This document shows positions 56,083 through 64,000 of a stretch of 64,000 nt of DNA, piece by piece. Below the pieces are notes generated by a model, which had not been told where the DNA came from, did not search any database, and saw only the letters and a program-made list of their open reading frames with translations. Position numbers and translations under genes: made by a program. Source of the stretch: Schizochytrium sp. TIO01 (taxonomy: Eukaryota > Protista > Bigyra: Labyrinthulomycetes); contig SMSO01000031.1 of NCBI GenBank assembly GCA_004764695.1, forward strand, positions 1,092,436 through 1,156,435, read 5' to 3'. Each line of letters opens with the position of its first letter. The first letter of the stretch is position 1.

Positions 56083-59000
56083 ACAAATGTTTAGTGGAAG
56101 GTGATTGACAGTATAAATCCTGCCGCGTAGCTCGCCACAGTAAGGGCCTGCCTGGTAGGAAATTCCCCTTCGCTTTGAAAGGCATTAAACAAGAATCATT
56201 TCTTCCGCTGTATGATCCTGCAGAGAAGGCCTACATCACCCTTATTTTGGTGATGCTTAGTAGTTTTCCTACAAGGACCCTACACAGCGTTGTAAACTTT
56301 TATATTGCATACTGTTCTAATAAACCATATTTGAGACTTATTTACTCTATATTTACTCCTGAGGGTTTTTAAGCATGGCTAGACCAGGGTCTATCTTACA
56401 GTAGAGCGAATTCCGGTTCTAGCGATCGCAAAGAACCTCTGTATCACTCATCTTTTTCGCAAGGTGGCTGAGTAATCATGTCATCTAAGGGCGAGTGAGC
56501 GAGCGAGGGCACTGCCATGACTTACTTGACTTGTAAATACACCGAGTTGGAGGGATTGATTTGATAAAGCCCAAGCCCAAACAGTTCATCGTCCTGCATG
56601 ACAACATGATAATGATGGGAATAGCAGCTCGTAGGTCAGCACAACCCATTTTGGTGACGGACGGACTTGCTTGCTTGCCTGCTTTGTGGGGTTTCTTTCA
56701 TGGAAGAGTCTTACAGGTATTGCAGGTATCTATCTGCCTAGGAGGCCAATGCAGAAGAGGCTAGTTAGTGGTGAGAAGTTTGAGCTGTAGAAAACTGCAG
56801 GATCCAAGTGACTTTTCCCCCTTTAACCTCTAGTGTATTGTAGGTAAGTGTAGTAGTGTATGCATGATATAAAGCATTTTAGTAGGTGGGATTGTGCTCG
56901 TGCTTCATTTCTTTCCAAATCGATCTTCTCTAGAAGATAACTACCCAAGTTTGGCACAATTTGTGCAGTTACCTCAGTCGGTCAGTGATGTGCTGGCTGG
57001 TACAACCTTGAGGTTGCTGCACTGTCTTGTCTGAGGGGCGAGTCTATTCGCTATCCAAGAATGTGGGAACGTTCAATTTAAAGTAACCGTGGTGCTGAAT
57101 TGAAATGCGAACGTAGCCTGCTTCAACTAACTCCCTAAGAGATCTCAGCACGAGATTAGTATACAATCAAAAACGATCCTTCGTCCAGTACAAGATCGAT
57201 CGAGCGCAGAGCATCTTCTTGCTGATTGATAGTCTCGCATATTTACAAGACATCATAACTACTTCCAGAAAATTATAATTCTTTGGAACCTCAAGTGTTC
57301 TAAAACGATCTGGCTATTCCAAACTCTGATACATTCTCCAGAACCTTGCCTGTACCACGTCCGGGCTTACTTCACGAGCGATGCGTGGTGAGCGCTGTAT
57401 CCTTCGATCTAGTTCTCAAACCAAGACAACTCAGCCAAACCATGCAGCAAGCAATCAATGACTCATTCGATCAATCGATCAACCAACCAATGAATCAACC
57501 AATCGCTCGATCGATCATTCAAAATCAGTCAACCAAGCGAACGTGTTTGTTCCCCAACGCCATCTTTGGTACCGCGTAACCTTGGGTCTCCCGCTTTCCA
57601 AGTCGCCCAAGCGAGCACGCGAGCAAGTGCGCCGCGGCCTTCCTGTCTTTCGTTCTAGCCCCGCAGCTCTCCCGTGGCGGGCACCCGCATCTCTTCGCCC
57701 CGCCTTCCCCGCAGCGCATGCTTTCCCCCGTGTCGGCGCGCTCCGGAGCGTGCGCGCCGGGCTCCCTTGAGAGGGGGCGGGTCCCCGCAGCTCGTGCTTG
57801 CGCGTGTGCGCTTGTGGAGTCCACGCGCACACCCGAGGCAGGCACGGGCGACCAGCGGTGAGCGAAGAGGGCGCCACAGTTGTGAACCGCGCTGTGAGTC
57901 ACTTGGACCCCGGACCGTCTAACTAACTGACTGACCGATTGATTGATCGATTGATCAAACGAACACGCCCTTTTCTCGAGGCCCCTTCACCTGCGCGATC
58001 AATCAATCAATCCATCCATCCATCCATCAATTCCCAGCGATCTGACGCGGAGGTCTTGCGCCTGCACGCTCGCGGGACGAGGAATCCTTTTCTCGAGCCT
58101 TGCGATCTTCACCGTCCACCGCAGCGCGATCGACGGAGGGATAGATGGAGGGGTCTTGATCACCTGCCTTTCGTATCTTCGCAGACGCCGAGATTCTATA
58201 CGTATACGCGAGCAGGCGTGCGGGTGTCTTGGTAGAAAGGCCAGCTTACATTTACACTACACTCTGCAGTGCATGCTGGCGTGGGCAGCCAAGTAATCAC
58301 GCGCTACGAGGATGCGATGCGATGCGCCGCCTGACTGACAGACAGACAGACAGCCCAGGCAGGCAGGCCCCGCTTTCGCTGAGTTGCTGCCGCTGCCACG
58401 GCCGCCGCCTTTCCCAGGCCCTCTGATCCCCAACGAGTCTATGCGTACCTCGAGGCGTGAAAGTTTGCCGCAGATCAAACGGGCTTGCCTGCTTAACTTA
58501 AGAAGCAGAAGCAGAAGCAGAAGCAGAGGCAGAAGCAGAAGCAGAAGAAGAGAAGGCGGTTCTTCACTGTGGGTCGATCGTCGAGAACCTTTTAGTTAGC
58601 AGCAGCAGTCCAACCGCCGAGTGCGGCACGCAAAAGGTGTGCGCGCGTGCATCCACATCCAATTCACTTCTCTCACGCAGAACTAAAGGCCAGCTTTACT
58701 CTGCCTCACGCGCCAACGATCCCTCCCATCAGCGACGATGCAGAGCAGAGCAGAGCAGAGCAGAGCAGCGCAAGCATCATCACCATCACCATCACCATCA
58801 TCATCATCAGCAGCAGCAGCAGCAGCAGGAGAAGACCTCGAAGGAGGAGAAGAGCTTCGAGAGACGAGCGGCTGGGCTCGAGGCCGCACGCTTTCCGCCC
58901 AACCAGGCAGGCCCTCTGAGACGCGGGCTGAACCTCCCGAGTCACTCAGCGCCGCACAGTTTCAGACGCCGAATTGGAGCGAATACAACAACGACAACTT

Positions 59001-59376
59001 CAGAAGAAGAAGAAGAAGAAGAAGAAGAAGAGAGGAAAGGAGCCCATCGACATCGACGGCCAAGTCTGAAAGAAATCGTTCCAAAAGCGGCGCCCTCAAA
59101 GGAACAGCGGCGACTGCGGTCCTCGTCCCGGAGCACGCTTGTGCCGGTCACTAAGTCAGTGATCGATGGCTTGGTTGGCTGGATGGCTGAACGCGGCGCC
59201 GTCTTCGGGCTCCAAGCTCGATCAGCCAGCCAGCCGAGCCTTGGCGGAGGCAGGGAGTGAGTGAGCGAGGAGCGAGTGAGTGCCTGGCATCGACGATCGC
59301 ATCGACCGTCACCGCCGTCGTAGGGCTCGAAACTTCTGCTCACGTGCTCAATTGATTTGTTCATTCGATTACTTTG

Positions 59377-59414
<38 letters not shown>

Positions 59415-59626
59415 TCTTACTTTCTTTGCTACTTTCCTGTTTCAAAGGGAGGAGGGAATCTGAATCTGGAATCTGGCGCGTGCGGGTCCCCTCGGTACCT
59501 TTCAGATGAGGGTAGCTGTGGGGCATACCTGTGAGCAGGTTCTTAAGAAGCGGACAGATGAAGGATTCAAAGTTGTTTTATAATTCGTTTTCTTTATTTT
59601 ACTTTAGCACTTATACATACTTATAC

Positions 59627-59660
<34 letters not shown>

Positions 59661-60043
59661 TACTAATTAAAATTGTTTATTTTTTATGATAAAGAGAACG
59701 TGAGAGAAAGAAAGAAAGAGAGGTCTACTTTAGTTGAGAGCGCAGAGAAGGATTGAGACATTGGCCACTTGTCTCCAAGGAAATAGAGCGATAGCTGAGG
59801 GTTGACTCATCGAGCGTGGCCTTAGTCCGCGGCGCCGTCGCGAGGCATATCTGTTTGCGTTCGCCGTCGAAGGAGTGTTCTTGTTTGGGTGCGGCGGTCG
59901 AGCGCCAACACCCACCCACCCGTCCGTGTATACGCAAACGGTGCCGTGCCCGTGCCTGCATGCTCTTGCCTCGAAGCTTGAGCTGCAGACCCTGAGGATA
60001 GCGGGACCTTGCGCGATCCTTCAAATGGCAACCGGTGAGCCGG

Positions 60044-60152
60044 TCTTCTGTATCTTCTGTATCTTCTATATCTTCTGTATCTTCTGTATCTTCTATCTTC
60101 TGTATCTTCTATCTTCTGTATCTTCTATCTCCTGTATCATCTTGTATCTTCT
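60044..60152. repeat. imperfect (tatcttctg / tatcttc)n minisatellite
   Basis: Read directly. Confidence 0.85.
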
Positions 60153-62289
60153 TGTATATTGCATTTGGTACGCAATGCAATACGAGTTGGAGCTGGAATT
60201 CGCCCCGAATCGAACGCTCTTCTTTGACAGCTCAAGAGAAGAGCCCATCGTTTCCTTCTTCGGGCAACAGCTTGACAACAAGAATCTCTTCGCATGGTGG
60301 TAAGTTGAAGAAATACGCGAGCGACTGGTTGGCGGGTCGATTGCCTTATTCCTTGCGTGGACGACGCTGCTAAATCCAGGTAGAGCCTTGAAGCGCCGGT
60401 ACATTGAAGGTCGGCCTCTGATATGAAACTGGTTCCCAGCTCGAGACGAAGTCGAGATCGATTCGATTGTCCTCACGGACACCACACGCCTGCTCGAGCT
60501 TGCCCGTGCTCGTTCAAGGCGCTCGCGGCGTTTCCCCTCGAGTTCCAGAGAGCGCCATCTTCATAAGTTATCGATGCCGCGATCGTCTTCTTCGTGCGAA
60601 GAGCGCCTTCGATTTGAAGAGCGCAAAGGACAATTCTGTTCGTCGTCGTTGTTGTTGTTTGACGATTCTTTATTTTAAAATTAAAGATTATAAATTATAA
60701 ATTATAAATTATAAATTATAACTAAATAAACAAACAAGAAATGAAATGAAATGAAATGAAATGATGTGGAAACGAGGAGGAGCATCGCAATTGTGCCTCC
60801 CGTCGTTCAATATGCCGCATCCATTGGGGCACCCGCAGACACCCACTCGGGTTTTGCTACGCTATTCTGCGCTATTCTGCTTTCCTTTATCCGCCCCTTT
60901 GTCCTAAGGTGGCTCCACTCACGAGTGTACATAGCACGCCTACAGACCCATCCGCACATATGCTATTGCCGCCACCATCGTTCTTATCATACATTTCCTT
61001 CAATTGCTCCTTTCCTTCTTAAAATCCATACTTGAACGCGAAGAAATGCGCGCCCCTCCCCGCTATCGTTACCCATAGATAACAATAACCTCCTCCTCTG
61101 GAATGCGCCGGCAAGCATCCCGTATCGCCTCGAGAAGGCCGACCGTCCGTCCATCTTCACCGGATCTGGGCGCCGCCACGGCCCTTAGCGGCGCTTGCTC
61201 CGATCGCCCTATCGATCGATCGAAGAGCAAAGCAAAGCAAAGCAAAGCAAAGCAATGCAACGCATATCAGACCAAAGCAACGCATATCAGAGCAAAGCAA
61301 AGCAAAACAAATCAAAACAAATTGAATAAAAGAAGCGACTGCGCGAAACGAGCAAGCGAGGCAGGCGGCCCTTCTGCGGGTCCCCCCACAGCACTTTGAA
61401 AGACCCTCCGTCCACCCTGAGCCGCGCCGTGGCGCGCTGCTGCACGCTGCTCCGGGGAACCCGCCAAAGCTGCTAGCTTCTTTTTATCCCGCAGCTAAGG
61501 GGACCCGCAAGCCTCGACTTGATAGGCGCCAGGCGGTTAGTCGGCCTGCCTGGAGGTCGCGAAGCTGGAGATCGTGGGCTCCTGAGGCGGCGGAGAGGGA
61601 GTCTTCAGGGAGGGAGGGATGCATGAACCAAGGTAAGAAGGATTCCCCTTGGAGCACGGTCCAGCAGTGGAGGCAGCGAGCGGCGGCGTGCGATGCGGCG
61701 GCGTGGGCTTTCTGCCTTTCCCAGCCAGCAGCAGGTGTGTGCGCGGGAGCGAAGAGGAGGGAGTCTCGGCACGCTTCTTCCAAGGGAACCCGCACAGCGG
61801 TCTGTCTGTGCGGAGAAGAAAGAAGAGAACGCTCTCTTCGTACTGAGAGGCGGAAAGAAAGAGAGAAAGAAAGAAAGAAAGAAAGAAAGAACTCCAATCG
61901 TCGCTATTTCCATCCTTTCTTTCTTTCTTTTCCTTTTCTTTTTCTTTTTCTTTTTCTTTTTCTTTCTTTCTTTCTTTCTTTCTTTCTTTGCATCGATCAA
62001 TCGATCGCCTCGAAGAACAGAGATGGAGGAGCCTTAGTGGCCAAAGAGTGACGGCGGCCGTCCAGAGGCGTGGGAGCAATCGGCATCGGCCAGATTCTAT
62101 CTGTACGTCTGCGGCGGTTCTGTTCCTCGCTTCAGGCCGCCCACCTGCCCAGACACGCTCAAGGTCGGGCGAAGGCGGCGTTGAAGAGGCCGGTCTCCGC
62201 TAGCATTCGCATCATTATATGCGTGGTCTATATATATATATATATATATAGACAGATGAATAGATTCTCTCTCTCTTTCTTTTTAGTTC

Positions 62290-62329
<40 letters not shown>

Positions 62330-62543
62330 TTTAAAAACTGAAATTGCAATTAAGATTTGGTTATAGGTATGGTTTCGATGGCGGGCTCGATTCTACTGTT
62401 TTCGCTCTGCCTGAAAGCTCCCTCCGCCTCTGCCTTGGGCGAAGAAGCAGCGCTCACAACAGCGTCAGACTCAGAAGCGCCAACTGCTGTTGATTGCTTG
62501 GGTCCTCTTCATCGCCTCGAGGAAGTTTTCGCTGTGGAGGGGT

Positions 62544-62751
62544 GTTTGTTTGTTTGTTTGTTTGTTTGTTTGTTTGTTTGTTTGTTTGTTTGTTTGTTTG
62601 TTTGTTTGTTTGTTTGTTTGTTTGTTTGTTTGTTTGTTTGTTTGTTTGTTTGTTTGTTTGTTTGTTTGTTTGTTTGTTTGTTTGTTTGTTTGTTTGTTTG
62701 TTTGTTTGTTTGTTTGTTTGTTTGTTTGTTTGTTTGTTTGTTTGTTTGTTT
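62544..62751. repeat. (GTTT)52 perfect microsatellite
   Basis: 208 uninterrupted nt, ~400 bp upstream of the RanBP2-finger gene. Confidence 0.97.
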
Positions 62752-63154
62752 GCAAAATTGGAAAACATGAAAAGAAAGTAAAAAGCTTACTTAGTGCCGC
62801 TGTTGTTGTTTGTTACTACCTTGCTTGTCATTTGTTATTTTTCATTTGTTATCCTCATTTGTTATTTTTCACTTGTGGTTTTTGTTATTTGCTGCTCTCG
62901 CTTGGCGCTCCGGTGTCAGGGCATCAAAACCCAAACTCCAAGAGCACCAGCAAGCGAACTCAAGGCAAGCCTGCAAGCACCGAAGAAACTCGCAAGCGAA
63001 ACCTGCCTGCCAAGCAAACCTGAAACTCGACGCAAGCCGCGACAACTGAGCTCGCAACAGCCTAGCTGCAAGCCAAACAAACGAAGCTACACAAGCAAGC
63101 AAGCAAGCGACCAAGCAAGCGACCAAGCAACCAAGCAAGCTCAAGGACAAGACA

Positions 63155-63853
63155 ATGACGATCGCCATGACTGAAGGTATTGTAACCCCGCTCGGCACCA
63201 TGCTCGGTACGAGCATCTGGGCGCCGCAGCGACCCGTGGAAATTCACGAGCCCGTGCAAAGCTGGCCGCTCCAGCTGCCCCGCGTGGAGGCCTGTGCGCC
63301 GTTTGCGGAGACTTACAGCGTAGATGGTTCTTCTGACGGATCCTCGCGCTGCTTTGACCAGAACAGCGTCAGCTCCAGATCTTCGTACTCCATGTACGAG
63401 ACTGCATCCTCCTCGGGCGAATCTGAGCACTTCACTGAGGACGACGATTCTGAGGACGATGAGATCCGCAGCCTCGAGAGCAGCGACTGTGAAGAGAACC
63501 ACGGCAAATGCTGCGGAGGCGGACGCCGCGGGTTTGGCGGCAAGAAGCACTTCCACGGTAAGTCGCACTTCCACAAGCACGAGAACCCGTTCAAGATCAA
63601 GGGCCAGGCCACTCTGAACGAGCTCGACAAGAGCGAGAAGTGGACCTGCCCTTCCTGCGGCAACGAAAACTACAAGTGGCGCTTTGTATGCAACATCCGT
63701 CGCTGCCGCCAGCTCAAGCCCAAGGAACTCCTTGACTGCAAGCTTCCCAAGGATGCCTGGGTCTGCTTTGCATGCGGAAACCTCAACTTTGGCCACCGCA
63801 GACAATGTAACATGCGCAACTGCCGTGCACCGCGCGACCAGGTGGAGCTTTAA
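63155..63853 (+). CDS. protein with two RanBP2-type zinc fingers (putative ssRNA-binding), 228-232 aa
   Basis: WTCPSCGNENYKWRFVCNIRRC and WVCFACGNLNFGHRRQCNMRNC. Strong C/G-ending codon bias. The start is either ATG 63155 or cgccATG 63167. Confidence 0.92.
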   Translation: MTIAMTEGIVTPLGTMLGTSIWAPQRPVEIHEPVQSWPLQLPRVEACAPFAETYSVDGSSDGSSRCFDQNSVSSRSSYSMYETASSSGESEHFTEDDDSEDDEIRSLESSDCEENHGKCCGGGRRGFGGKKHFHGKSHFHKHENPFKIKGQATLNELDKSEKWTCPSCGNENYKWRFVCNIRRCRQLKPKELLDCKLPKDAWVCFACGNLNFGHRRQCNMRNCRAPRDQVEL

Positions 63854-64000
63854 ATAGCTACTCCGCCTTGCCTGATCATCACAATTTCATCGGAAACTGC
63901 CTTGACCTCAGCGCGCTGGTTGAGCGAGATAATCCCACCATTTGCACTTTTACAACACAACATATCCACTTCGACACAGGAATGCACTGTATTTGACTCA

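Noticed and set aside
58637-59260. 207-aa poly-His/Gln/Glu ORF
   Set aside because: GTG start, composed of trinucleotide microsatellites typical of this genome's intergenic DNA, and no domain.
62357-63805. (CLFV)n and (NKQT)n ORFs, and the 247-aa minus ORF over the zinc-finger gene
   Set aside because: Translations of (GTTT)n and an antisense shadow of the real gene.

Overview
Eukaryotic genomic DNA. Intron-poor ORFs, dense microsatellites and a stramenopile-like V-ATPase B suggest a thraustochytrid/labyrinthulomycete; this is an inference, not a database result. Ten protein genes are supportable: V-ATPase subunit B, a MAPEG protein, a class II-like histone deacetylase, a COG0523/CobW GTPase, a RING-H2 protein, a frame-split ankyrin protein, a PAM2 + poly-Asn + AlkB-like 2OG-Fe(II) dioxygenase, a calponin-homology protein, a multi-CEP164-type WW protein and a double RanBP2 zinc-finger protein. 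They are separated by long gene-poor, repeat-rich stretches (1-18.3 kb, 34-43 kb, 56-63 kb) containing unidentifiable decayed coding relics. The most notable hidden feature is a frameshifted fossil of an IS607-family transposon at about 46.15-46.95 kb, recognisable only by stitching reading frames together. It has an N-terminal TnpA serine recombinase (HTH + YVRVSS + KDISRGVNFKKAGL) joined by an internal deletion to the C-terminal part of a Fanzor2/TnpB RNA-guided nuclease (LPKF, EDYTSK-C, Zn ribbon, RDxxAAR), followed by a possible omegaRNA remnant. No rRNA, tRNA or CRISPR array was found.
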